A stretch of DNA of 64,000 nucleotides from assembly GCA_013416795.1 (NCBI GenBank), contig RQSC01000027.1, forward strand, positions 62,001-126,000, in the 5' to 3' direction. Shown here piece after piece: positions 41,528-52,150 of this stretch. The notes under the pieces were generated by a model, which saw nothing but the letters and a program-made list of their open reading frames with translations, had not been told where the DNA came from and did not search any database. The DNA is from Prasinococcaceae sp. CCMP 1430 (Eukaryota > Plantae > Prasinodermophyta). A program made the position numbers and the translations under genes. Positions within the stretch are counted from its first letter, which is position 1. Each line of letters begins with the position of its first letter.

Positions 41528-44500
41528 CTACTCCGCGGCGGTCGCTGAGGCGGCGTCTGCGGCGGCCTGCTTCCACTCGGCCCTCTCCTCACCAGAGAGC
41601 GCACGCCATCGCTCTCCGACGACCTTCATGACGTCTGAGGTCTTGCCATCGCCGCCAAGGCTCGAAGACTTGATCTCTGCAAAGTTGCTCTTGAGGAAGA
41701 ACGCGTATGCGTTCAGCGCGCGTTTGGCCTCGGGCTTGGCCTCACCCTGCGCGTCGCTCTCTGCGGCGCCACCGGCCGACGCGCCCGTCTCAGCCTCGTG
41801 CGCCGCATCGCGCATCGCCGCATATTCGGCCTTGTCGCCGTCGGAGAGCTCCTTCCACCTGGCAGCGATGAGTTTCATGCACTCGGGTGCGCTTGCGTCT
41901 GGGTTCTCACCCTTGACAGTAGGGTAGACCACTTTCACGAAGAAGCTATATGGCGTGGGCTTACGCTTGGAAGCATTCTTGGCTTTCTTGGCCTTCTTAG
42001 CCGAACCCTTCGCCGCCGCTTTCCCCGCCTGCCTCCGCGAGTATCTCGAGTGCCTCGCGCGCGTCAGCAGCTCAACTGCCTCGCTGTACTCCAGCCCAAG
42101 CGCCGCCTCCAGACCGCCGCCGTACTTCTGCATGAGCCCCTCGTCCTTGGTGATGCTCGTATAGCCAAGATTTTCGTTGCTCACATTGAAGCCTAGCTTG
42201 CTCGCCTTCACGATCATCTCACCTCCGACTTCAGGATGAATACCCACCACCCGCGGACACTGCAGCAGGCCCATCGCGCGCTGGAGCGTCATGGGTTCGT
42301 TCTGCAGCATATCCGGCACCGCACACGTCCAGCCCTTCTGCCCTGGGCGCTGCATGTTTTCGTGGCTCACGTACCAGCCGAAGCGCCCACGCCGCAGGAG
42401 CACCTTGTTGCCAGTCTCGGGGTGCTCGCCCAGCTCTCGAATGCTCGCACCCGCACCGAACATGTTGCCATCACCGTCGCCCTCGGCGTCATTCGGATAG
42501 AGGTCACGCACGTACGTGCAGTCTGGATAGTTTGTGCATCCGACGAACGCACCGCCGTATCGCGCCACCTTGACGGTAAGTTTTCCACCGCAGCCCTCCT
42601 CTGGGCAGCGGTCGTTGAGCTCGCCGGAGCTGCTATCGCGCTCGAAGATGACATCGGCGAGCTCATGTGTGAGCATGTCGTTGATCTGCGAGGTGCGCAC
42701 TTTTTCGACGCCCCCAAGAGCCTCTGTAATCTCCGCTTGAAAAGCCTTCATGACGTCCTCCCACTCAATGCTGCCGGTGGTGATCTCGTCGAGCCGGTTC
42801 TCCATGTCGGCGGTGAAGCTGTAGTCGACCAACTTGGGGAAGTACTTGGAAAAGAAGAGCGTGAGCACACGGCCCTGCGCGGATGGCACGAGCGTCTTAC
42901 CCGACTTCTCAACGTACGCGCGCGCCGCGAGGGTGGCGATCACGCTCGCGTACGTCGACGGGCGTCCGATCCCCATCTCATCTAGCGCCTTGACGAGGCT
43001 GCCCTCATTGAAGCGAGGCGGTGGGCGCGTAAAGTGTTGCGTGGCGTCGGGGCCTGATGCGATGGACACAATGTCACCCTCTGCGAGCGGCGGCAGGAAG
43101 CGCTCGCCGCGCCCGAGCCCATCGCCTCCATCACCGTTGTCGTCGTCGCCGTCGTCAGTCTCGCCCTCGCTGTCTGCGCCTTCCGAGGCGCGGCGTGCAT
43201 GCAGCGTGCGCATTGAGTCCACCGCTTGGAACCACCCAGGCTCGACCACAGTGGAGCCCGTCGCTCGCAGCGTGATGTCACGAGAGCCGTCCGCGGGCTC
43301 AAGCTCAGCGGCCGTACGGTTGAGTACGGCGTCTGCCATCTGGCTGGCCGTTGTGCGCTGCCAAATGAGCGTGTAAAGCGCGAATTGGTCCTGGTCGAGG
43401 TAGGCCAGCATGTCTCGCGAGGGTACGCGGCGCAGGTCCGTGGGGCGCACGCACTCGTGCGCCTCTTGCGCGTTCTTGGACTTTGACTTGTACACGCGCG
43501 CGTTTTCAGGCACGGCATCCTTGCCGAAGAGCTCTACGGCGCACTCACGCGCCGCCACCACCGCCTCGGGCGCCATGTTGACGCCGTCGGTACGCATGTA
43601 CGTGATGAGCCCGCCCACGGGTTCGCCGCTCGCGTCAGTAGCACCCTCGATACCCTGGTAGAGCTGCTGCGCGACCGCCATGGTGCGCTGGCCACCCCAC
43701 CGAAGCTTAGCCGCCGCATCCTGCTGCAAAGTGGACGTCACGTACGGCGCTGGCGGAGAGCGTCGCTGGCGGGATTGTGTGAGGCTCGACACGAGGAAGG
43801 GCGCGCAGCGGACGACGCGCTCGGACAGCGCGAAAGCCGCCTCCTCGTCGGCCACGCCCATCTTGCCCAGGCGATCGCCGTCTACCTTCCACACGGCCAC
43901 AGAAAATTCAGTGCCCGCCGGCGCACCCTCGCGTCGAACCTCCGCAGTGACCGTCCAGTACTCCTCGGGCACGAACGCATCGCGCGCGTCCTCGCGCTCG
44001 CAGATGAGCCGCAGCGCGGGCGACTGCACGCGCCCAGCGGACTTCGAGCCCGGCAGCCGGCTCCACAGCACGGGCGAGATGGAGAAGCCAAGCTTGTGAT
44101 CGAGCGCGCGCCGGGTGAAGTACGCCTCCACGAGTTCGTTATCCAGCGCGCGCGGCGCCTGGACGGCAGCGCGCACGGCATCGCGCGTCACCTCCGTGAA
44201 CGAGATGCGCGCGAAGCGCTCGCGAGGCACCGCAGCGCCGGCGCCTCCTGCGAGCGCGTCCTCGGTGCTCAGCGCCTCAACCAAGTGCCACGCGATGCCC
44301 TCGCCCTCCCTGTCCGGGTCTGTGGCCAGGAGCACGCGGGTCGCGGACAGCGCCTTCTCCCGCAGCGACCGCAGCACCTTTCCACGCCGGTCGTTGCCCT
44401 GGGCGTCGACGCCCCACTCGAGGCGCACAGCTTCACCGGGCGCACGGGCGCCGTCTGTGCGCACCTCGACGGCGGACGCTCTCGGCACCAGGTCACGTAC

Positions 44501-44770
44501 GTGGCCGTACGACGCCTCGACAACGTAGCCTGCGCCGAGGTACTTCTCGATAGTGCGCCCCTTGGCGGGCGACTCGACGATGACGAGCGTGTGAGTCCCG
44601 GCAGCGGCGGCAACGTTGCCGCGTGCGGCGGCAGCCGCTGCCCACCTTCGCGCGGCGACGCGGCGCCCTGCTGGCCGCCGTGCGGCGGCGGCGGCCGCCG
44701 CCGCACGCGCGCAGCGGGGCCCGTGAGCCATCGCGCCCATTGCCATAGCAGCGCTGGCGATGCCCACCAT
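41528..44770 (-). CDS. topA: Organelle-targeted bacterial-type DNA topoisomerase IA with two C-terminal HMG boxes, intronless
   Basis: Ala/Arg-rich N-terminal presequence; TOPRIM LVIVESPAK and ATDPDREGE; SAGRVQS; catalytic GLITYMRTD; GIGRPSTYA; C4 zinc ribbon CPEEGC...GCTNYPDC; C-terminal repeat LGEHPETG; HMG boxes KRKPTPYSFF...ARWKELSDGDKAEY and KRALNAYAFF...ERWRALSGEERAEW. Confidence 0.95.
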   Translation of the reverse strand: MVGIASAAMAMGAMAHGPRCARAAAAAAAARRPAGRRVAARRWAAAAAARGNVAAAAGTHTLVIVESPAKGRTIEKYLGAGYVVEASYGHVRDLVPRASAVEVRTDGARAPGEAVRLEWGVDAQGNDRRGKVLRSLREKALSATRVLLATDPDREGEGIAWHLVEALSTEDALAGGAGAAVPRERFARISFTEVTRDAVRAAVQAPRALDNELVEAYFTRRALDHKLGFSISPVLWSRLPGSKSAGRVQSPALRLICEREDARDAFVPEEYWTVTAEVRREGAPAGTEFSVAVWKVDGDRLGKMGVADEEAAFALSERVVRCAPFLVSSLTQSRQRRSPPAPYVTSTLQQDAAAKLRWGGQRTMAVAQQLYQGIEGATDASGEPVGGLITYMRTDGVNMAPEAVVAARECAVELFGKDAVPENARVYKSKSKNAQEAHECVRPTDLRRVPSRDMLAYLDQDQFALYTLIWQRTTASQMADAVLNRTAAELEPADGSRDITLRATGSTVVEPGWFQAVDSMRTLHARRASEGADSEGETDDGDDDNGDGGDGLGRGERFLPPLAEGDIVSIASGPDATQHFTRPPPRFNEGSLVKALDEMGIGRPSTYASVIATLAARAYVEKSGKTLVPSAQGRVLTLFFSKYFPKLVDYSFTADMENRLDEITTGSIEWEDVMKAFQAEITEALGGVEKVRTSQINDMLTHELADVIFERDSSSGELNDRCPEEGCGGKLTVKVARYGGAFVGCTNYPDCTYVRDLYPNDAEGDGDGNMFGAGASIRELGEHPETGNKVLLRRGRFGWYVSHENMQRPGQKGWTCAVPDMLQNEPMTLQRAMGLLQCPRVVGIHPEVGGEMIVKASKLGFNVSNENLGYTSITKDEGLMQKYGGGLEAALGLEYSEAVELLTRARHSRYSRRQAGKAAAKGSAKKAKKAKNASKRKPTPYSFFVKVVYPTVKGENPDASAPECMKLIAARWKELSDGDKAEYAAMRDAAHEAETGASAGGAAESDAQGEAKPEAKRALNAYAFFLKSNFAEIKSSSLGGDGKTSDVMKVVGERWRALSGEERAEWKQAAADAASATAAE

Positions 44771-44945
44771 CCGAGGGAGCTCTCCCCGCCTACCCCACCC
44801 CACCCAACCGTCCGCCTACGCCCCCTCTCCAGTCCACCCCACCCCACCCCACGCGCTGGCCAGAGTCCGCCGCACGCGCGCGAGCGCGCGCTGGGCACCG
44901 CCGCGCCGGGGGCGGAGCCAGGCGCGGCGGCGGGCCGGAGGATGC

Positions 44946-45436
44946 GGTGAGCTGGTGCTTGAGCAGGCAGTCCCCCCGGACCCCTCAACCGCCCACCCCC
45001 CCGGGCCACACGTGCCAGCTCGCGCTCGCGCGCGCGGTGTGGCGCCGGGATCTGCATGGGCTTCCCGAAGCAAGCGCAGGACGCGGCGGCCACCGCCGCT
45101 AGCGCGGCGGGCACTGGATCTCAGGGCGACGGGGACGGCGCCCGTGTGAATGTGTGCCCGCGCTGCCGCACGCACGCGGCCGAGCTCCCGGCCATCTGCG
45201 CGACGTGCGACCTCACGCTGGCGTCGAGCTTGCAGATGGCTCGCTCGTACCACCACCTGTTTCCTCTCCCGCGCTCAGTGCTCGCGGACGCTGGATCCGT
45301 GGCGGCGGGCGCAGCGTGTGGCGCATGCGGCAGCACCTTTGTGCTCGGCGGAAACAGCGACCGCAGCGCGGCAACCACAACCAGCAGCAGTGCGGGCGAG
45401 GTCGTGCTACGGCGACCGTGCTGCGGCACACTCCTG
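44946..45436 (+). pseudogene. GTF2H2: C-terminal fragment of TFIIH p44/SSL1 lacking the vWA domain, frame-disrupted, ending at an N
   Basis: [10 protein letters not shown] (one frame), then ICMGFPKQ...[39 protein letters not shown] (another frame; diagnostic p44 motif)...CGAC. The sequence after N45437 is unrelated. Confidence 0.7.
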
Positions 45437-45966
45437 NCTCCCCCCCCGTGCCCCGCGCGGCGCGATCCGCTCTCCGTCCGCGCGCGCGATGCGCTGACTC
45501 AGCAGCCTCCACGCATCCATGCATCTGATGGTACATGGGCAGCGAGGAGCACCCCGGGGCAGTACCGCCGCACCCCGCGCATTTTCGGACTATTTCATTT
45601 TTCCCGGGAATCAGCCCCTGAATTTTCTCACTTGCACATGTGCACTTTACAGTAGCTAGACTCGTCTACTAGTGTCCGGGTCAAAATGTGACGTGTCGCA
45701 ATTTTTGGTCGGCGGCTACATCCAGCTCGCTGCGATCCAGCCGCCGCCGAGGGGCGTTTCGGGGCCCTCTCGCCCATCTCCATATGGAACTTAGCGCGAT
45801 TCCGCCCCTCGCGGGGGGAAGGGGGCGCGCTCGCCGATGGTGGTTTACGTTGATTTTGACCATGTCACAGCGCGGCCACCCGGACACGCATGCGTTTTGA
45901 TGACGGGGGCCGACGCGGGGCGCGTTGGAGTTGGGCGCGCGCTGTGGCTGTGGGTCACATGGGCGG

Positions 45967-47832
45967 ATGAGGGTTGGGTGCGCGCCGCGCGCGCGTGGCG
46001 GGCGCGCGGGCGCGCGCTCGCCGCGCCGGACCCCTCCGGCGCGGGTGACGCCGCGCGCGCCGCCGCCGTCGCCCGACATGGAGGAGCTGGCCGCGACGCA
46101 CCTCAGCATGCTCACGTCAGTGCTGGAGGGAGACCCCACGTCGCTGAAGTGCTACGTTCGCGCGGCAGTCAGCGCGCCCGATGCCAGCGCGCCGGTTGAG
46201 GTGCTGCGCTTGCAGCTCGTCGCCGAGACCAAGGGCACGACTGCCACCGTCGTGCGCGCCCAGGGCCAGGGCGCGACGCTTGACCTGAGCTCGCTGGCGC
46301 ACTCCACGTCGCCTGAGGACGCCTCAGCGGCCGTCGAGGAGTCTTTGGTGTCGCAGCAGGCGGTTGAGCTGCCCTCGGCTGCCCTGGTGGTCCCGCTTGC
46401 GGCTGAGGCGCCCGGCGGAGGGCTGGCGCTGGTCGGGCTGCTGGTCGCCGAGCGCCCTGGCTGGGCGGCGGAGCGGGCGGCAGCCGGTGGCAGCGCGGCG
46501 GCAGGTCGCCGCGGCACGTTCTCCGCGGAGGAGCGAGCCTCGCTGGGCGCTCACGCACGCGCGCTCGCTATCGCCGCCAAGATGGAGCTCGCGCGCATGA
46601 GCGCCGCCACCGCTCGCCGTGCGCTCGGCGGTGGGCTTTCGCAGGCCCGTGGGCAGCTGCGCGCCATCCGCACCCTGAGCTCACTCATAGGCCAGCAGAG
46701 CGCCGAGGGGGGAATCGTGTTCGACTTGTCCTCCGACATCGAACGCCAGACAGGACAGCTGTCGGACGTGGTTGACGCGCTCGAGGCCGCTCTCCACCCC
46801 GCTGAAAGGCACGCTGCGCACGCGCATGAAGGCCCACCCATGCTTGTCGCCGAGCCGGCGGGTGCACGCAACGCGGGCAGCAAAAGCCTGCCCCCACCGG
46901 CGGAGCAGTCGCAGCCAGAGGCGTTGCCAACAGCTTCTGTTGCAGAGGGTCTCGAGCCTCTCGCTGCCATGGCGATAGACGCGGGCGCGCGCGAGGACGC
47001 GCGCGACACTGTGAACGACGGCGACGGTGACGCAGCGGGCGACGACGAGAGCTCCACCAGCACGGGCAGCAGCAAAAGCGCCGGCGTCCCGTCGCTCACG
47101 GTCGAGATTGACGACAGCGAGGGGGATGGAGACGGCGGCTTCCCTGCCTCCTCTTCAGGGGACGGCGCTTCGGTGGACGACTCTGAGACGCTTACGCGCG
47201 CGTCCAAGGCGGAGATTGATGACGAGCGCACGGAAGCGGAGTCGGGAGCGCAAGATGCTGAGGGCATGGGCACTGCGGAACAGTGCAACCTGTGCTCATT
47301 TCTTCCACAGCTGGGGGTGGCGGCCGAGGGCATGGCACGGGCGCAGGGTTTGGTACTCACCGCCTCGGTGCCCGACTCATTGCCCCCAGTTCGAGTACCC
47401 CTTGCAGCGGCGCGCGGCGCGGTGAATGCGGCCGTCGACGCGGCGCTGCGTGCCGCTGCCCCATCGTCCACGCTCGAGCTCGAGGCGAGGTTTGACGGCG
47501 GCGGCGATGCGGGCGACGGCGCAAGTGCAGCGAGTGGTGCTGGCGTCGCTGTGACGTTGCGCTACACGCAGGCAGGCGCGCGAGCGCATGCGGGCGGACA
47601 GGACGGCTACGGTATGCGCACCGCCGCCGCCTCCGTGGCCGCATTGGGTGGCTCGCTCACACACGAGTGTTGCTCGACCGGACTCGGGGGGGGGTCCTCT
47701 CTTTCGGTGTACGAGGAGGCGGTTGCGTCAACGGCCCCGGCGGCGAGCGCGCTCACGTCTTCGCACGAGGCTACCATCAATCTCCTCTTGCCGGCAGCGC
47801 ATTCTCATTGGGCTTACGAGGAGGTGCGATAA
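45967..47832 (+). CDS. CSK: Chloroplast sensor kinase (Hik2/CSK) homolog: GAF plus modified histidine-kinase domains
   Basis: Collinear with plant CSK as recalled: LKCYVRAA; AVEESLVSQQAVEL; VGLLVAERP; FSAEERASLGAHARALAIAAKME; LSQARGQLRAIRTLSSL; DLSSDIERQTGQL. Transit-peptide-like region from ATG 45967. Confidence 0.8.
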   Translation: MRVGCAPRARGGRAGARSPRRTPPARVTPRAPPPSPDMEELAATHLSMLTSVLEGDPTSLKCYVRAAVSAPDASAPVEVLRLQLVAETKGTTATVVRAQGQGATLDLSSLAHSTSPEDASAAVEESLVSQQAVELPSAALVVPLAAEAPGGGLALVGLLVAERPGWAAERAAAGGSAAAGRRGTFSAEERASLGAHARALAIAAKMELARMSAATARRALGGGLSQARGQLRAIRTLSSLIGQQSAEGGIVFDLSSDIERQTGQLSDVVDALEAALHPAERHAAHAHEGPPMLVAEPAGARNAGSKSLPPPAEQSQPEALPTASVAEGLEPLAAMAIDAGAREDARDTVNDGDGDAAGDDESSTSTGSSKSAGVPSLTVEIDDSEGDGDGGFPASSSGDGASVDDSETLTRASKAEIDDERTEAESGAQDAEGMGTAEQCNLCSFLPQLGVAAEGMARAQGLVLTASVPDSLPPVRVPLAAARGAVNAAVDAALRAAAPSSTLELEARFDGGGDAGDGASAASGAGVAVTLRYTQAGARAHAGGQDGYGMRTAAASVAALGGSLTHECCSTGLGGGSSLSVYEEAVASTAPAASALTSSHEATINLLLPAAHSHWAYEEVR

Positions 47833-47981
47833 GCGCCCCTGGCTTCCGCTCCGTTCGCTTCCGCTTTCTACGCGCGTGGCTTGCGCTGGGGCGCTGCACT
47901 TTCCGATCTTGCACGCGGGAGTTTCTGTATTCTTAAAATAGGGATTGGGGGCCAATCACCCTAGTCGCCAGTGCGCATGTA

Positions 47982-50672
47982 TCAGCGCATGAGCTTCATC
48001 ATCTCCTTCTCGATCGCGGCCTCTCGGTCCTCGTGATCGTCTTCTGGCTCCATGTCTTGGTCGACCTCGGCGCGCCACAGCTTCTCCAAATTATCAAGCT
48101 TCAAGAGCTCGTCGGATGACGTCGTCGCTAAGAACTTCTCAATGACCTTCGCTTGCGCGGCCTTCTTTTTCTCCTCCTGCTTCGAACGCCTCTGCCGCAA
48201 CATAGCCTCATCGAAGTTGCTGCCGACAATGCTGATGGGAAGGGCAATCACGAGCAGGCCCGCCACGGCCGTGATCATACAGAACACCTTCCCCAACGCA
48301 GAGATTGGGTAGATGTCGCCGTACCCGACAGTGGTCATCGTCACCAGGCACCACCAGAAGCTCTCAGGGATGGACTGGAAGGGAGAGCGCACCCAAAGTC
48401 TCTCGCAGTTGCGGTCCTCGCGGTGGCGATTGTGGACGAACTCGCGACGCGGAAGTACCAACTCACCCTCCTCAGTCTCCACGTAGTACGGGGCCGTGGG
48501 GCAGTAGGGCAGGCGAACGCTAGTGCACTCGTAGTCACACTCGTACCCGCTTGCCAGCATCCACAGCCCGGTGTCCTCGTCGTACGAGCCACGCTCGACA
48601 TAAAACATGATCGAGGAAAAGACGATCATGCCGATGGCCACGAAGAAAACCAGCATACGCAGTGCCTGGAGGGACTCGTAAAAAGTATCGGAGAGCACGC
48701 TGAGCCCGTCCTTGAAAGCGGTCAGCAAGCGCAGCACGCGCGCCAAGCGTAGCACGCGCAACACGGCCAGTCCAGGCACCTCCACACCGGACAACGCGAG
48801 CTCGATGTAGAATGGCAGGATTGCAACCAGATCGACGAGATTCAGCGAATTGGAGAAGAACTTGCCCTTCTCGGGGTCAGTGAGGAAGCGCCCACTCAGC
48901 TCGACAGTGAAAATACTGATGGAGACAGCCTCGAACAAATCCCAAGGCAACGCGAACGTCCCCGCCTCAGTGAAGTAGCGGGGCATGCTCTCAAGCACCA
49001 TCGTGACGGCGCTGAAGAGGATGACGACCAACATCGCGATGGAGATCGCCGACGCAGCCATGGAAGACTCGGGGTCGTTAAGCAGCGTGTGTATACGCCG
49101 CGAGAGGGTCTGCTCGGTGTTCTTGGCGGTCGCAGACTCCTGCGCCTTTGCCTCCGAATCGAGCGATAGTAGCCGCCGCACCATCGAGGGGTGTCTCAAG
49201 GCGCTCATGCGCCTCTTGTTGACCGAGCTATCAGAACTTCCGGCAGCACTCTCCCCGTCCGCATCGCTGCTCAGCGGCGGCAGCTCGTGCGGCGGGCAAG
49301 CTGTCCGCGCGGAGCCACCAGGCGCTGCACTAGCATCAGCGGACGATGCCTGCGAATGCGCATCGGCACCGCCATGGCCGCACTCGGCGGCGGCCACAGC
49401 GCCCCCTCCACTGATGAGCGGGGCGTCGTCGTGAGGGAGAGGAGTGTCTTTGAACACCTTGTGCGCATCCGTGAGCGCATCCCCAACTGCTCTCGCGCTG
49501 GAGCGCAGCTTTAGCGCGAGCTTCCTGTCCAAGACACGTACAACCGCGCCATCCACGAGCTGCTCCTCATGTTTCCCTACCTCGAGCCGGCGGAGCTCGG
49601 TGTAATGATTCGCTGCAAGCCGCACGGCAAACTTGGCCGCCGAGTCATTTTCCGCTAACAGCTCAACAGCGTTGGTCGGGTCCAGGAACGGCGTGGCCCT
49701 GTCAACCATGCCGTCATCAGTCACTTGGAACGTCAGCAGCACCTGGCGCTCAAGCTCTCTCACGCAGCTGCCGGACACCCAGCGAAGTCGCCTACAATGC
49801 AGGATGCCAGGCACGCTGCGGCGTGCGTGGAACGCGTTGGAGTTGCGCAGAGATACGTGCGTCGTGAGCAAAGTCAGCTTCAACGGCGGCACGGGCGGCG
49901 GCGCAAGGGCGCGGTCGTGCTGCAGAGCCACGGAGCAAGGTGCAGCACAGCACGCCACTCGCGGCTGCGGCAGCTGCCTTGATTCCGGCCACAGCGGGCC
50001 GTGAGAGATTCTGACCGCTTAGCCGGGCCACGTCCGCGTGCTCGAGGGCGCGGAGCGCCCGCGCAACAAACGCGCCGCTGGCGCGTTCGAGCTGCAAGCG
50101 TAGGCCTCGAGATCCTGCGGACGCCGCGCGCTCGGCTAAAAACAAATCGAGGGCGAGCGCTCGCATACGGCATTTGGGGCGCGCGCGAACGGCGCGCGCT
50201 CGGACCCCACGGGTGCTGTTGGCGGGGCTGGGGGGGAAGAGGGGGAGCAGCCATCACGATGGACGCGAGCTCCGCGCGCGTTGCTCCGTGTACGAGAGTA
50301 ACGAAAGGTGGCGGCGCGGGAGTGGAGGGAGGCCTCAGGCGCGCGCGCGATGCGCCCCTTTCCATCCTCCCCCCCACCACCACCACCCCTCCCGGGCTGG
50401 AGGCATTCTGCCTCGTTTCCGTTTCATTTCCATTTCCGTCACGGGCCCCGCAGCGTGCGCTGTGCAACGCACCTCACGAAGATCTCGACCGAGTTTCGCC
50501 ACGCGCCGGCCTCGCCCTCGCCATCCAGATCCCTGACCGCGCCCGCCATGGCATCGCGCATGACGGCCTTGCGCCCGGGCGACTCGTCCTCGCCGCCGGC
50601 CGCCCAGGCCTTGGCGGCGGCGGCCTGCGGCGCATCCGAGGTGGGCACGGCCACGACGACCTTGCCGCTCAT
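47982..50672 (-). CDS. Voltage-gated K+ channel, Kv/Shaker-superfamily-like 6TM, no T1 domain recognised; 5' exon structure uncertain
   Basis: Main ORF 47982-about 49815. NDPESS, NLVDLVAILPFYI, S4 LRVLRLARVLRLL, FQSIPESFWWCLVTMTTVGYGDIYP, VIALPISIVGSNF. A probable first exon at 50672-50478 (MSGKVV...EIF|GTGAGG) is tentative. Confidence 0.92.
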
Positions 50673-51160
50673 GCACGTGCGGTGCGGTGCGCCTCGGCGC
50701 GTCGCGTCGCGGGTCGCGTGGGTCGCGCGCGCAGCTCGCGCTGGCAGAGCCCCCCCCGCCTGCCAGGCCCCCCCGGGTCGCGTGCCGGCGCGCGCGCCCC
50801 GCGCCCCACTCTGGCGACTCGCGCGCCGCGCCCACATGTGTACGCCCGCCAGCCAGCCATGGATTGGGATGGCGAGAGAGCCCGAGGAGCGTCCGGCCGC
50901 AATTCGGCCCGATTCGGATTCGGATTCGGCTCCGGCCCCATATTTTTTCATTGTGTGTGCGTGGCGAGCTCGGCCCGCGCGACCGAACCCCGCTCTCGAC
51001 AGGCCCGGGCCGCGGCGGCCGCGCGGAGAGCCGCGCGCTCGCGCATCGCGCCGCGCGCGCACCGCAGGCCCGGCGGGCGCGGCCGCGAGAGGCGGGGGTG
51101 GCCGTTGGGGAAAGGCAGCAGACCGCAACGGGGAGGGGGGCGGTGGCTGTGGCGATCGCC

Positions 51161-52150
51161 ATGGGGGCGGGCGACGTGGGAGCGAGTTCGGCGTCACAGC
51201 GGCCGGTGGACATCGTCGGCGCGGCGACGTCAGCGCCGCTGCTGCTGCTGGCGTCTAAGGCGCTGCTGGTGTCGTGCGTGGACGCAGAGGCGGACGCGGG
51301 GCTCGCAGTGGCGAGCATAGACTGCGGCTTCCTCCTGTTGCTAGGAGCGCTCTCGGGGGTCGTCGTGCGTGACTCCAAGCAGGATCACCCAAAGCTTGAC
51401 GCGCTTATCGACCCGCTCATGCAGTGCGGGCTCGGGCACCTGTTCTTTGAAATGGTGTACAACGGCGTCATCCTTCCGCGCCAGGTGCGTTGATCTGGCT
51501 CGGCGTGAGCTGCTGCTCACGAGCGACCGGCGGTGCCCACGGTGCTGACTACCACAGTTGCTTGCTGTCCCTCCCACGACCGCCCGGCCCCGCGCTCGCC
51601 GCATGCACGTTGCTGCCCCTCCCGCCCTCAGGCGCCTGGCGCGACGTACCGTCTCACGCCCGATTTGTGGTTGCATCACGTGGCGGCGCTTGGCTGTGGG
51701 GTCTTCACCACGCTCGCTGGCAACGCGATGTGCGAGCACGGCCTCGGCCGCGCGTTTGTGCTGCAGGGCTGTCGCATGGCTGCAACAGAGTGCACTTCCG
51801 GCCTGCCAGTGTCGTTTTCGCAGGCGCTGCGCACGAAGCGCCTAAACGGCCCGCGCTCCCTGGTGCTGGGTGCCACTATGGCGGGCTCGTTCGTGTGGCG
51901 CACGATGCACTCGTTTGACATCCTCCGCGAGTTTAACCGCGGCGTGCGCGAGAGCAGGGAGGGCGGGGCGCGCGGCGTGCCCCACGCATGGGCGGGCAGG
52001 CTCGCTTGTGGCACGATTGCGGGAGGCAACGCCGTGTGGACCTTCCGCATTTTCAAGGGGATCGTGAAGATGCTCCGAAAGGGGAAGAGGAGCAAGGCGC
52101 GGGATGGCCCCGGACGCGCGAGCGCCGCCTCCAATGGAGCGCCAAAGTAA
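51161..52150 (+). CDS. TLC (TRAM/LAG1/CLN8)-like membrane protein
   Basis: Exons about 51161-51484 and 51632-52150. LWLHHVAAL, MAATECTS and GNAVWTFRIFKGIVKML resemble TLC motifs. Confidence 0.55.
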
